In this document: one piece after another, positions 39,577 through 48,683 of the stretch
Numbering within the stretch: the first letter of the stretch is position 1
Layout: every line of letters starts with the position of its first letter
NCBI GenBank assembly: GCA_023415775.1
Contig: JAEZJM010000014.1
Span: 29,784 to 93,783, forward strand
Length of the DNA stretch: 64,000 bases
DNA from: Bacillota bacterium
GTDB taxonomy: Bacteria > Bacillota > Negativicutes > Sporomusales > UBA7701
Direction: 5' to 3'
The notes under the pieces: model-generated
Database searches by the model: none
Told to the model about the DNA's origin: nothing
The model's input: only the letters and a program-made list of their open reading frames with translations
Program-made: the position numbers and the translations under genes

Positions 39577-40545
39577 ATGCCCGCCACAGCCGTCACCCCC
39601 TTCGCCCTCCTCCTCCTCGACGCCGCCGGCCAAGCCCTCTTGCTCGCCGACGGACCCAGCGGCGAAATCCTCGCCGAATATCCCCTCCCCCCGGGCTACG
39701 CGGCCGTCGACCTCATCGCCGGCCACGGCCACGCTTTCGTCACCCTCGCCGGGCACAGCGGCGCCGGCGCGCTCTGTAAAATCGACCTGACCTCAAGGGC
39801 GGCGGACCACCCCGCCGTACCTTTCCCCCTGCCCCATCCCGTCCAGTTTTCTCTGGCCGCCGACGGCCTCACCGCCTACCTGGCCGACCCAGCCGGCGTC
39901 CTCCATGACATCGACCTCGCCACCGCGGCCTGCTCGGCCTGGGAAAAGCCGCCGGACGCCGCCGCCTGCGCCGGGCTTGTCGTCGCCGGCGGCGAGATCC
40001 ACGGCGTGTGGGAAGCCGCCGGCGGCGGTCTGGCAGCTGTCTACTCACCCGCCGGAACTCTTCTCCGCACCTGCCGCCTCGGCGTCGTCCCCACAAGCCT
40101 GGTCGCCACGTCCGGGTTTATGCTCGCCACCTTCACCGCCAGCCCTGCCAGCGGCGAAGGCCTCATCATCTTCCCGCCCGGCGACGGCGCCCCCGCCGTC
40201 GTCACCATCCAGTGCTCCCGCTGCGCCGCCGTCCACCCCGTCTACCCCTCCCACGCCGCCACCGCGGACGGCAGAACAGCCTACATTGCCTGCGAAGACA
40301 GCGCCGCCGTCGCCGTCGTCGACCTCGCCGCCGCCGCGGTCACCGGCACCATCTTCCTCGGACGCTCGGTCTCCCGCCTGTCCCTCACCGCCGACGGCCG
40401 GTTCGCCGTCGCCTCCAGCAACGCCAACGCCGACCTCTGCCTCATCGACCTTGTCAACCGCCGGCCGCTCGCCTTTACCGCCTGCAGTCGCGAACTCCTC
40501 CGGCCGGTAGCGGTGATTGAACAGCGCCATACCGCCGGCGAATAG
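39577..40545 (+). CDS. YncE-like beta-propeller hypothetical protein
   Basis: GGAGGTG RBS; repeated ADGxxAYxA...VxVxDL blade-like motifs. Confidence 0.6.
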   Translation: MPATAVTPFALLLLDAAGQALLLADGPSGEILAEYPLPPGYAAVDLIAGHGHAFVTLAGHSGAGALCKIDLTSRAADHPAVPFPLPHPVQFSLAADGLTAYLADPAGVLHDIDLATAACSAWEKPPDAAACAGLVVAGGEIHGVWEAAGGGLAAVYSPAGTLLRTCRLGVVPTSLVATSGFMLATFTASPASGEGLIIFPPGDGAPAVVTIQCSRCAAVHPVYPSHAATADGRTAYIACEDSAAVAVVDLAAAAVTGTIFLGRSVSRLSLTADGRFAVASSNANADLCLIDLVNRRPLAFTACSRELLRPVAVIEQRHTAGE

Positions 40546-40594
40546 CGGCCAGACTTACTTGGCAATAAAAAGAACCCCTTCCCAGGGGTTCTCC

Positions 40595-40634
40595 GATTGT
40601 CTAGAAAGCCCCATCTGAGGCTTTCTAGACAATC
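40595..40634. repeat. Minimal hairpin derivative of the MITE family (ends only)
   Basis: GATTGTCTAGAAAGCC-CCATCTGA-GGCTTTCTAGACAATC shares AGAAAGCCCCATCTG with the left end of copy A. Confidence 0.55.
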
Positions 40635-40647
40635 TGGGGTCTCGCTA

Positions 40648-41742
40648 TTACTCCCGCGACCCCAACGGCCGGGGCCACTTGCCGCTCCACTTGTAATTGG
40701 CCTGTTTAGCCGGCGGTTCGGCTGGCGGGGACGGGGGCGGCGGCGGCCCGGAATCGCGGTCGTCGTCGTCCTCCTCCTCCTCGTCATCGTCGTCGCAATA
40801 AATCATCGCCGACTTGTGGGCAATTTCCTCGGCGGCCACCGCCACTGAGCCGCCGCAGGAATTGGCCGACAGCGCCGCTGTTTCTTCCAAAGCAGCAAAC
40901 TCAAGCTCGCCGTCGTCGGCGTATGGTACAAAAGTGCCCTTATCCAGGATCGATAACACCAGCAGGAAGTGATCCGCCTCCCGGCGCACATGATCGGCCA
41001 GCAGCGCCGGAATCAGCCCCACCAGCCGGCACTCCGCGATCAGCGTCTCCGCCGCCCGCTTGAAATCCCGCAGCCTTATCGTCGACACCCTGACATCCTG
41101 CAAAAAGCGCCGGAACGAAGGCACTTCATCCGTCGCCCCCCGCAGCATGCTCACGAAATCGCGGCCCTGCAGGTAAAGCGCGTCGAACTCGCACGCAAAC
41201 GTTTCCGCCGTCTCCACCATCGTCCGCTCCGAAGGATCGAGGCGGTGGACGATAAACTCGCTGTGGTCGGCCATCAGCCGCAGCCAGAACGCCACCTCCC
41301 GCGCCCCCGCCGACTGATAAAGCGGCCGTCCGCTCCCCAATGCCGCCAGCAGCAGCAGCAGATATTCGGCCTCGCGCGACATATGGTCGAGCAGCAACGC
41401 AAAATTGTGCCCCATAAGCTGGCACGTCAGCACCATGTTTAGCAAACGGCGTTTATAACGGTAAAAATCGCCGACGACCGTCTGCGCGTCATCGACAAGC
41501 TCGGCAAACTGCCGCTGGTTTTGCACCTGTTCGGCCCGGGCCCGCAACTCGGCGAACTCCTGCTGGAAATTGTCGGCCTCCCCGATGAGGACGACGTTAT
41601 CGCAAGGCAGGCCCGCCTTAATGAACTGGGCATGCTCTTCCATTATCCGCAGCCAGAACTTCAGTTCCTCAATGCTCAGCGGCGGCACCGGCTGGCGTTT
41701 ATCATTCACAACCTTCGGCCGTGGCATAGTAACCCTCCCCAA
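40648..41742 (-). CDS. DUF2935-domain protein (tandem domains, acidic/Pro-rich tail)
   Basis: Two FWLRxMxE/DHxxFI ... LxDHxxREA units. Confidence 0.8.
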   Translation of the reverse strand: MGRVTMPRPKVVNDKRQPVPPLSIEELKFWLRIMEEHAQFIKAGLPCDNVVLIGEADNFQQEFAELRARAEQVQNQRQFAELVDDAQTVVGDFYRYKRRLLNMVLTCQLMGHNFALLLDHMSREAEYLLLLLAALGSGRPLYQSAGAREVAFWLRLMADHSEFIVHRLDPSERTMVETAETFACEFDALYLQGRDFVSMLRGATDEVPSFRRFLQDVRVSTIRLRDFKRAAETLIAECRLVGLIPALLADHVRREADHFLLVLSILDKGTFVPYADDGELEFAALEETAALSANSCGGSVAVAAEEIAHKSAMIYCDDDDEEEEDDDDRDSGPPPPPSPPAEPPAKQANYKWSGKWPRPLGSRE

Positions 41743-41805
41743 TTGCCAAATTTTTTGCTACTACATTGTATGCCACGGCCGGCGTTTTTGTTAAGTTTTA
41801 CATAA

Positions 41806-42441
41806 TTACGGGAAAACCGCCTCGCAGCGGTTGATCTTCACCCCCAGCGTCCTAAACCTCATCTCGTACTCGGTCATAACATCGCCGTCCAGGCCGGCGG
41901 GCAGGTCAAACGTCACATTCCTCACCTCCAGGCCGGCGTTCGCGAACTCCTCCAAAGAAAAAGCAAACAGTTCGGTGTTGTCGGTCTTGAAAAACAGCTC
42001 ACCTCCGGCTGCCATGATGATCCGATACCTCGCCAGAAAAAGGCCGCAGGTCAGTCGGCGCTTGGCATGGCGCTTTTTCGGCCATGGATCGCAGAAATTG
42101 ATGTAAAGGCGACTCACCTCGCCGGGCGAAAAAATATCGGCAATCCCGGCGGCATCAAAATGCAGCAGGCGGACGTTCGGCACGCCGCGGGCGGCAACCC
42201 GCTTCGCCGCCTGAAACAGCACCTCAGGCTGCGCCTCGATGCCGACAAAATTTGTCCCCGGCGCCTTGGCAGCCAGCTCGCTGATAAAGGTGCCCTTGCC
42301 CACCCCCAGCTCCACATGCAAAGGGGCCGTCCGCCCGAACGCCTCGTCCCACCCGCCGCCCGGCCGCGGCGCGACCACAAGCCCCGCAAACTCCTTCAGA
42401 GCCTCCTCAATTCCCGGCTTCCTCCGTAAACGCACAACCAA
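41806..42441 (-). CDS. trmB: tRNA (guanine-N7)-methyltransferase
   Basis: ELGVGKG, NFCDPWPKKRHAKRRL, FKTD and MTEYE motifs. Confidence 0.93.
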   Translation of the reverse strand: MVVRLRRKPGIEEALKEFAGLVVAPRPGGGWDEAFGRTAPLHVELGVGKGTFISELAAKAPGTNFVGIEAQPEVLFQAAKRVAARGVPNVRLLHFDAAGIADIFSPGEVSRLYINFCDPWPKKRHAKRRLTCGLFLARYRIIMAAGGELFFKTDNTELFAFSLEEFANAGLEVRNVTFDLPAGLDGDVMTEYEMRFRTLGVKINRCEAVFP

Positions 42442-42585
42442 TCCTCCGTCTTTTTCATTTGCGGGCCCAGACTCCCGCCTTGTAAAAAAAATTGCTTAAA
42501 CGTAAAAATAGTAAATTATTTCCTTTTTTGTCATATAATTGACAGGAATTGGAAAATAAATGGAGAATATACCCTATGCCTAATA

Positions 42586-43659
42586 ATGGTGAAAGGAGAG
42601 ATCCAGGTGAAACTCCCGGCCTCCCTCCAGGTTGCCCTCGAAGCCATCCCGGCCGCCGCAGCGGTCCTTGACGCCGGCCACCGCGTCGCCCTCATCAATA
42701 AACACGCCGAAAAACTGCTTGTTCTCCCCCGGTCGGCCGCCATCGGCCACCTACTATCCGATACCGGTCTCGCCTGGCTCGCCCCGCTTCTCCGCCATGG
42801 CAACACCTTCGCCGGCAAAGAAGCCCTCCCCGCCGTCCCAGGATATCCGGCCACCGTCGTCGTCGACGCCGCTCCGCTGCCCCTCGACGGCGACCTGGAC
42901 GCAACCCTCGTCATCATCCGGGAACCCCAAGACGCTTGCGCGCCTGACCGCCGCATCGAGCAGCTCGAAAGCCTTGCCGGCATCGGCGAAATCGCCGCCG
43001 GCGCCATCCACGAAATCCGCAACCCCCTCACATCCATCAGCGGCTTCGTCCAGCTCATGCGCGCCCGCGCCGTCCGTCAGGCCGACCAGACCACCACAGA
43101 CTACTGCACGCTGATCGCCGAAGAAATCGGCCACATCAACAGCGTCCTCTCCGACTTCCTCACCCTGGCCAAATCGCGAAACACCAAGTTCACCGCCGTC
43201 GACATCGGCCAACTCGTCCGCGACGTGCAAAGCCTGATATACGGCGAAGCCATCCTCTCCAATATAACCGTCACCGCTCGCCTGCCCGCCGGACCGCTCC
43301 TCATCCACGGCAACAGCGACAAAATCAAAGAAGTGCTGATAAACCTCGCCCGCAACGCCTTTCAGGCCATGCCCGACGGCGGCGTCCTCACCATCACCGC
43401 CCGCGCCGACGGCCCCGCCGTGCGCATCGACCTCGCCGACACCGGACAGGGCATCGCCCACACCGCCATGGCCGAAATCTTCAAGCCCTTCTACACCACC
43501 AAAGAAAACGGCACCGGGCTTGGTCTGGCAATCTGCCGGCGCATCGCAGAAGAACACCGCGGCGAAATAACCGTCAGCAGTGAAGTTGGCAAAGGGGCCG
43601 TCTTCACCCTTACCTTCCCCCGCCTGCCCAGCGACGATACACCATGCGGCAAATTATAA
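42586..43659 (+). CDS. Orphan cytoplasmic PAS histidine kinase
   Basis: HEIRNPLT, NLARNA, DTGQGI and FYTTKENGTGLGL motifs; no TM segment. Confidence 0.88.
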   Translation: MVKGEIQVKLPASLQVALEAIPAAAAVLDAGHRVALINKHAEKLLVLPRSAAIGHLLSDTGLAWLAPLLRHGNTFAGKEALPAVPGYPATVVVDAAPLPLDGDLDATLVIIREPQDACAPDRRIEQLESLAGIGEIAAGAIHEIRNPLTSISGFVQLMRARAVRQADQTTTDYCTLIAEEIGHINSVLSDFLTLAKSRNTKFTAVDIGQLVRDVQSLIYGEAILSNITVTARLPAGPLLIHGNSDKIKEVLINLARNAFQAMPDGGVLTITARADGPAVRIDLADTGQGIAHTAMAEIFKPFYTTKENGTGLGLAICRRIAEEHRGEITVSSEVGKGAVFTLTFPRLPSDDTPCGKL

Positions 43660-43700
43660 AGCCTGCCCGTCCCGAAGGAACAGACCGCCCTCGGCAGTCT

Positions 43701-43843
43701 CAACTTGTAGACAAAGTCAGACTGGTGAGAAAGGTCCCGATGCAAGGCGCACCGGAAGAGCGCGCCGCGCCGCGTACTTTGGGACGTACGCAAGCAAGCG
43801 CTCTGAGGAGCAACGCCGCAGATGGGCCTTTATCGACAGTCTG
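43701..43843. mobile_element. MITE-like repeat, copy B, flanked by a 19-bp direct repeat
   Basis: Inverted ends CAGACTGGTGAGAAAGG / CCTTTATCGACAGTCTG; flanks AGAC(C/T)GCCCTCGGCAGTCT at 43682-43700 and 43844-43862. Confidence 0.72.
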
Positions 43844-43860
43844 AGACTGCCCTCGGCAGT

Positions 43861-45741
43861 CTATTCCTTCTCCAACCCGTACTTCTTGATATACCTGTAC
43901 AGCGTCACCCGGCTCACGTCCAGCATTCCCGCCAGCCGGCTGACATTGCCGCGGGCCGCCTGCCACGCCGCCACAAAAGCCTCGCGGTCCTCCTTCCAGA
44001 CCTCGCTCGGGCCGGCCTCTCCCGGCAGATGGACCGCCTGGGCCGTGATAACGCCGCCCTGGGTCCGGAAAAACGCCTGCTCGACCACAGCCTGCAGCTG
44101 CTTGATATTCCCCGGCCACTCGTACCCTTTAAGGAGCGCCACCGCCTGCGGCGCAATCTCCTTTTTCCCTATCCCGTGCTGCTCCGCCAGCTCCCCGATG
44201 ATATGCTCCGCCAACAGCGTGATATCGTCACGGCGGGCCCTGAGCGCCGGCACGCGGATAATCGTCCTGGCCACCGACTCGTACAGCTCGAGCGGGAACC
44301 GCCCCTTCTCCGCCAGACGCCTGAGATCGCCGTCGCACGCGGCGATAATCCTCACATCCAGCGTCTGCTCCGCCCGCTCCGGCAGCCGTCCGGAGGCAAG
44401 CACCGCCGCCAGCTTGTCCGCCAGCGCCGGCGGCATCTTCTCGATCTCATCGATAAACAGCGTGCCCCCGTGGGCCAGCTCCAGCTTGCCGGGGCTGCCC
44501 CCCGTCCCGAACAATTCGCCTGCCAGCACATCGGGCGGGATATCGCCGCACCTTACCGTTATCAGCGGGCCGGCAGCCCGCGCCCCCCCCTGGTGGATGC
44601 CATGGGCCAAGCGCTGCTTGCCTGTCCCCGGCTCGCCCTGCAGCAGCAAGTGGTGATCGCCGCGGGCCGCCCGGCCGGCCTTCTCGATCATCGTCCGGAA
44701 CACCGGCGCCTCGCCCGTCAGGCTGGCCAGGCTATAGCGGGCCGCATAGCTAACCGCATGCGCCTCCAGCACCTTCAAATCCTCGATCGACTGCGATATC
44801 GCCGCGATGCCGCTCACCTCGCCGTCGCGGTAAAGCGGCAGCACCGTCGTAATATCCTCATAAGTCTTGCGCGGCGTTATCCACACCACTTCCTTATTAT
44901 GCGACGGGATGCCCAGCAGCCCCTTGGCCAGCGGCGTATGCCGGTAATTGAGCACAACCTCCTCCAGATCGGGCAGTTGGTCAGCCCCGCCGCCGGCCCC
45001 CTGGGGCGAAAGACGGCTTTGGCCCAGCCTGTTGGCGTACGCCACCCGGCCTCCCGGCAAAATATGGTAAACAGCCAACGGCACCGCATCAAGAATGACG
45101 TGCTTCGCCTCCAGGCGGGCCACCATCGCCAAATTATGCTCCATCACATACTTGAGCGTCAGCAGCAGCGCCTCCAGCGCCCCCGACGGCAGCTCGGCCT
45201 GCTGGGTCGAAACCAGCGTCAGCACATACTGTAGCTTGCCATCCAGGAAAATCGGCGCCGATCCGGCGTCCCCCGCCTGTCCATCCTCGATCCACATCTC
45301 CGGTCCGAAAACGAGGAAAGGCGTCTTATGCTCGTACGCAATCGCAATGCTCGACGTGCCGATATCCTCCTCGGTCAGTCTCGCCCCCTCCACCTCGCCC
45401 GGCGACTTCTGGAAGAAAGGCAGCGCGTAATTCTTCAGCGCGTAGCACTCGCTGTCGAGCAGCAGCAAACTGAGATTGTACATATTGAAGTGCCCCCGCA
45501 CCTCCTGATACAGCCCCTCCAAAAAATCCAGCGCGGCGCGGTGCTTTTCCCGGCGCCCCTCAAGCTCGGCCTTGGACAGCTTCACCGGCGGGCGCAGCGA
45601 ATCGCGCGGAACGCCCCAGGCCTTGCTCCGCTGCCACGACTCAGCCACCCACGGATGGACATTGGCGTCGAGCGTCCCATACTCGACGAACCGCCGGTAA
45701 TATTGCAACAATTTTTCTTTGCTCCGCCGCTCTCGAATCAT
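43861..45741 (-). CDS. AcoR/DhaR-like enhancer-binding protein (GAF-PAS-AAA+-Fis HTH) lacking GAFTGA
   Basis: GEPGTGK, LFIDEI, WPGNIKQL and SRVTLYR motifs; the loop reads ELFGTGGSPGK. Confidence 0.88.
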   Translation of the reverse strand: MIRERRSKEKLLQYYRRFVEYGTLDANVHPWVAESWQRSKAWGVPRDSLRPPVKLSKAELEGRREKHRAALDFLEGLYQEVRGHFNMYNLSLLLLDSECYALKNYALPFFQKSPGEVEGARLTEEDIGTSSIAIAYEHKTPFLVFGPEMWIEDGQAGDAGSAPIFLDGKLQYVLTLVSTQQAELPSGALEALLLTLKYVMEHNLAMVARLEAKHVILDAVPLAVYHILPGGRVAYANRLGQSRLSPQGAGGGADQLPDLEEVVLNYRHTPLAKGLLGIPSHNKEVVWITPRKTYEDITTVLPLYRDGEVSGIAAISQSIEDLKVLEAHAVSYAARYSLASLTGEAPVFRTMIEKAGRAARGDHHLLLQGEPGTGKQRLAHGIHQGGARAAGPLITVRCGDIPPDVLAGELFGTGGSPGKLELAHGGTLFIDEIEKMPPALADKLAAVLASGRLPERAEQTLDVRIIAACDGDLRRLAEKGRFPLELYESVARTIIRVPALRARRDDITLLAEHIIGELAEQHGIGKKEIAPQAVALLKGYEWPGNIKQLQAVVEQAFFRTQGGVITAQAVHLPGEAGPSEVWKEDREAFVAAWQAARGNVSRLAGMLDVSRVTLYRYIKKYGLEKE

Positions 45742-45877
45742 AATGTTTCTGCCCTTTCCTTTCGATATATATTGTAAAGGAAACCGACCCTAATTATAAG
45801 CCGGAAAATAATATTTGTTATCCACTAGTATTGATTATTATTATTTGCTATAATAAGCAAAAAAAGGAGGGCTTTGC

Positions 45878-46153
45878 ATGTTGGTAAACGGAGTTAGAGT
45901 AAGCGCCGACCCAGCCTTGAACAACGAGGAAATCGTCGCCCTCGTCCACGACGAAATCAGGCTGTGGCAGCAGCGCGATAAGACCCTCGGCGCGGTCGAC
46001 CTGTCCCTCGACGGCGAAAGCATAATCATCCGCGGCCACGAAAAATCGCCCATCCGCCGCGTCCGCCGCATCACCGGCTACCTCAGCACCATCGACCAGT
46101 TCAACGATGCCAAACGGGCCGAGTGCAAAGACCGCGAAATCCACGCCGGCTGA
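45878..46153 (+). CDS. Stand-alone NrdD C-terminal (glycyl-radical) domain protein
   Basis: AAAGGAGG RBS; C-terminus RVRRITGYLS...FNDAKRAECKDREIH matches the class III RNR Gly-radical tail. Confidence 0.8.
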   Translation: MLVNGVRVSADPALNNEEIVALVHDEIRLWQQRDKTLGAVDLSLDGESIIIRGHEKSPIRRVRRITGYLSTIDQFNDAKRAECKDREIHAG

Positions 46154-46426
46154 CCGCCGCCGCCCTTATCCGTGCTTGCCCGGCGCCCCGAACAGGACAC
46201 CACCGGTGTCCTGTTCTCTTTTGCAGCCTCGCCGAGCTGCCGTCATATCCTATATATTCGTGGCAATTTTTGCTTTCCCTCTAGCCCGCGCCGCCGGAAC
46301 GAAGCACCCGCAAGGCAGGGGTTTCTCAGGCAGCGCCGAACTATCAAAGTACCGTCTCCGCGCGGCCCCGTCCTGGAAAGCGTCCTAAAATCGAGGCTCC
46401 ACAAAGCATACAGGGAGGTCTTAAAA

Positions 46427-47533
46427 ATGGCTCAAGCATTCGCGTCCCCCGGCAAATACATCCAAGGGTACAACGAACTCGCCCGCATCGGCAAACACGC
46501 CGCCGCCCTCGGCAGCGCGGCGTTCGTCCTCTGCAGCCAGGGGCGGCTCCACGACCTGCAAGGCGTCATCACCGACAGCTTCAAAGACACCGGCGTCCCG
46601 GTGGTATTCGAGCCCTTCGGCGGCGAATGCACCAAACAGGAAGTCGAGCGTCTGCGCGCCCTCGTCAAAAGCCACCGGAGCAACCTCATCATCGGCCTCG
46701 GCGGCGGCAAAGCCATCGACACCGCCAAAGCCGTCGCCTACCACGAAAAGACCCCCGTCATCATCATTCCCACCGTCGCCTCCTGCGACGCGCCCACCAG
46801 CTCGGTAGTCATCTACTACAACGAAGACGGCACCTATCAGGAAGCGCTGCTCATGCGGCGCAACCCCAACCTCGTCCTCATCGACACCGGCATCATCGCC
46901 AACGCCCCCGCCCGTCTGCTCGTCGCCGGCATGGGCGACGCCCTCGCCACCTACTTCGAAGCCCGCACCTGCGTCGAAAGCCACCGGCGCAACCTCGCCG
47001 GCGGTACCTTCACCCTCGCCTCCTACGCCCTCGCCAAACTTTGCTACCAGACCCTGCTCAACGACGGCCTCGCCGCCCTGCTCTCCGTCCAGAACAAAGT
47101 CGTCACCAAAGCCCTCGAAAACATCATCGAAGCCAACACCCTTCTCAGCGGCATCGGCTTCGAAAGCAACGGCCTCTCTGCCGCCCACGCCATCTACGAC
47201 GGCTTCACCGTCCTGCCCGGCGCCCGCCAGAACTATCACGGCGAATGGGTCGCCTTCGGCACGGCCGTGCAGCTTGTCCTCGAAAACCGGCCCCATGGCG
47301 AACGCGACGAAGTGCTGCGGTTCTGCCGGAGCGTCGGCCTGCCGACCACCCTCAAAGACCTCGGCCTCGAAAACATCGGCCGCGACCAGCTCCTTGAGGT
47401 CGCCAAAGCCGCCACCGCCCCCAAGGAATCCATCCACAACGAACCCTTCCCCGTCTCCCCCGAAGACGTCGTGGCCGCCATCCTCGTCGCCGACGCCCTC
47501 GGCCGCGAGTACAGGGACACTGGCAAAAAATAG
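46427..47533 (+). CDS. gldA: Glycerol dehydrogenase
   Basis: SPGKYIQG, GGGKAID, PTVASCDAPTS, AGMGDALAT and HGEWVAFG motifs. Confidence 0.9.
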   Translation: MAQAFASPGKYIQGYNELARIGKHAAALGSAAFVLCSQGRLHDLQGVITDSFKDTGVPVVFEPFGGECTKQEVERLRALVKSHRSNLIIGLGGGKAIDTAKAVAYHEKTPVIIIPTVASCDAPTSSVVIYYNEDGTYQEALLMRRNPNLVLIDTGIIANAPARLLVAGMGDALATYFEARTCVESHRRNLAGGTFTLASYALAKLCYQTLLNDGLAALLSVQNKVVTKALENIIEANTLLSGIGFESNGLSAAHAIYDGFTVLPGARQNYHGEWVAFGTAVQLVLENRPHGERDEVLRFCRSVGLPTTLKDLGLENIGRDQLLEVAKAATAPKESIHNEPFPVSPEDVVAAILVADALGREYRDTGKK

Positions 47534-47545
47534 CTCATCAAGCGC

Positions 47546-47579
47546 AAAAGACTGCCGGCAAGGTTGCCGGCAGTCTTTT
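47546..47579. terminator. Bidirectional intrinsic terminator
   Basis: AAAAGACTGCCGGCAA-GG-TTGCCGGCAGTCTTTT between convergent genes. Confidence 0.85.
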
Positions 47580-47587
47580 ATTACCCA

Positions 47588-47872
47588 TCATCGCCCCGTT
47601 CCGCCTTTTCCGTTCAGGCCGAAATGCGCCAGCATCGTCCGGCGGTTGAGCGTCAGGTGGAGCAGGCCGAGCACAATAAACAGATACCCGGCCAGTTCAT
47701 GCCCCCGCCGCATATGGGCATCGTCCGCCACAGCCGCACTGCTGCCCCCTAACGCGCCTGCGTCCCGCCCGGCATGGCCGGACAGGTGAACCATGAATCC
47801 GGTGACGGAAACGACGATAAACACCAATAAAAGCGCCAGCGATATCCCCTTCCGCGAAACCATCCCTTTCAC
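47588..47872 (-). CDS. DUF4405-like two-TM membrane protein
   Basis: SVTG...HELAGYLFIVLGLLHLTLNRR. Confidence 0.7.
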   Translation of the reverse strand: MKGMVSRKGISLALLLVFIVVSVTGFMVHLSGHAGRDAGALGGSSAAVADDAHMRRGHELAGYLFIVLGLLHLTLNRRTMLAHFGLNGKGGTGR

Positions 47873-48498
47873 TCCTCCCCCGCGCCCTGCGTGGCTGCCG
47901 TTCCCTTGTCTTTCTTTACCGCCCTGACAACGAAAGAAAACATCGACGACGCGTCCTTGAGCACATCCTCCGGCTCGCGCGCCAGCACCAAGGGCGGCGC
48001 CGTATACTCGGTGAAAGCCTCCACAAACCGCAAGGCCGTTTCCGAAAAATCTCCCCTCACCTCGAAAACGCCGGCCAGCGCCCCGTCGCGCAAAATCTTT
48101 TCCACCCTGCCGGTCAGCTCACGCTGGATAATCTGCCGCTGACCGAACACCTTCTTGCCGATATAACTTATCGAACTCTCCATCATCAGCTCATACACAC
48201 CCCGGTTGCTCTGGAGCTGCTCGTTGTGCCACCTGATATGGCCCAGGATCAGCTGTCGCAAAAGCTCCTCCGGCGGCAGTTCCTGGGCGGTAAACACCTC
48301 CATCTGCCGGATGCACTTGCCGACCACCCTCTGCCAGAAGGCAAAAATCAGCGCTCCCTTATCGGCATAATCGTTATAAATCGTCCCGACGCTCACCCCG
48401 GCCTCGCGGGCAACATCCTTCAGCGTCGTCCTGCTCAATCCGTACCGGGCGGCCAACGCGCTAAAAGCGTCGAGAATCGCCTCGCTGCGTTCACCCAT
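47869..48498 (-). CDS. TetR family regulator
   Basis: TTLKDVAREAGVSVGTIY HTH; upstream imperfect palindrome TGAACG...CGTTCA near 48516-48546. Confidence 0.88.
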   Translation of the reverse strand: MGERSEAILDAFSALAARYGLSRTTLKDVAREAGVSVGTIYNDYADKGALIFAFWQRVVGKCIRQMEVFTAQELPPEELLRQLILGHIRWHNEQLQSNRGVYELMMESSISYIGKKVFGQRQIIQRELTGRVEKILRDGALAGVFEVRGDFSETALRFVEAFTEYTAPPLVLAREPEDVLKDASSMFSFVVRAVKKDKGTAATQGAGEE

Positions 48499-48683
48499 AA
48501 AGCCATCTCCTCACATGAACGAATTAATATTTAATTCATCCGTTCAAATTATATCCCATATCTTACCGTCGGTCAAGCGTATCTATCCCCCTGAAATAAC
48601 GCCACAGCCCGGCGCTCCCGGTACGCGCCAAAAAAGGCCCCGCGCAGGGGCCCTCACGGGTGCCGACCATATCACTTCTGCAG

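Noticed and set aside
46261..46274. TGGCAATTTTTGCT as a sigma-54 promoter for gldA
   Set aside because: GG-to-GC spacing is 8 nt rather than the required 10, and the neighbouring regulator lacks GAFTGA.
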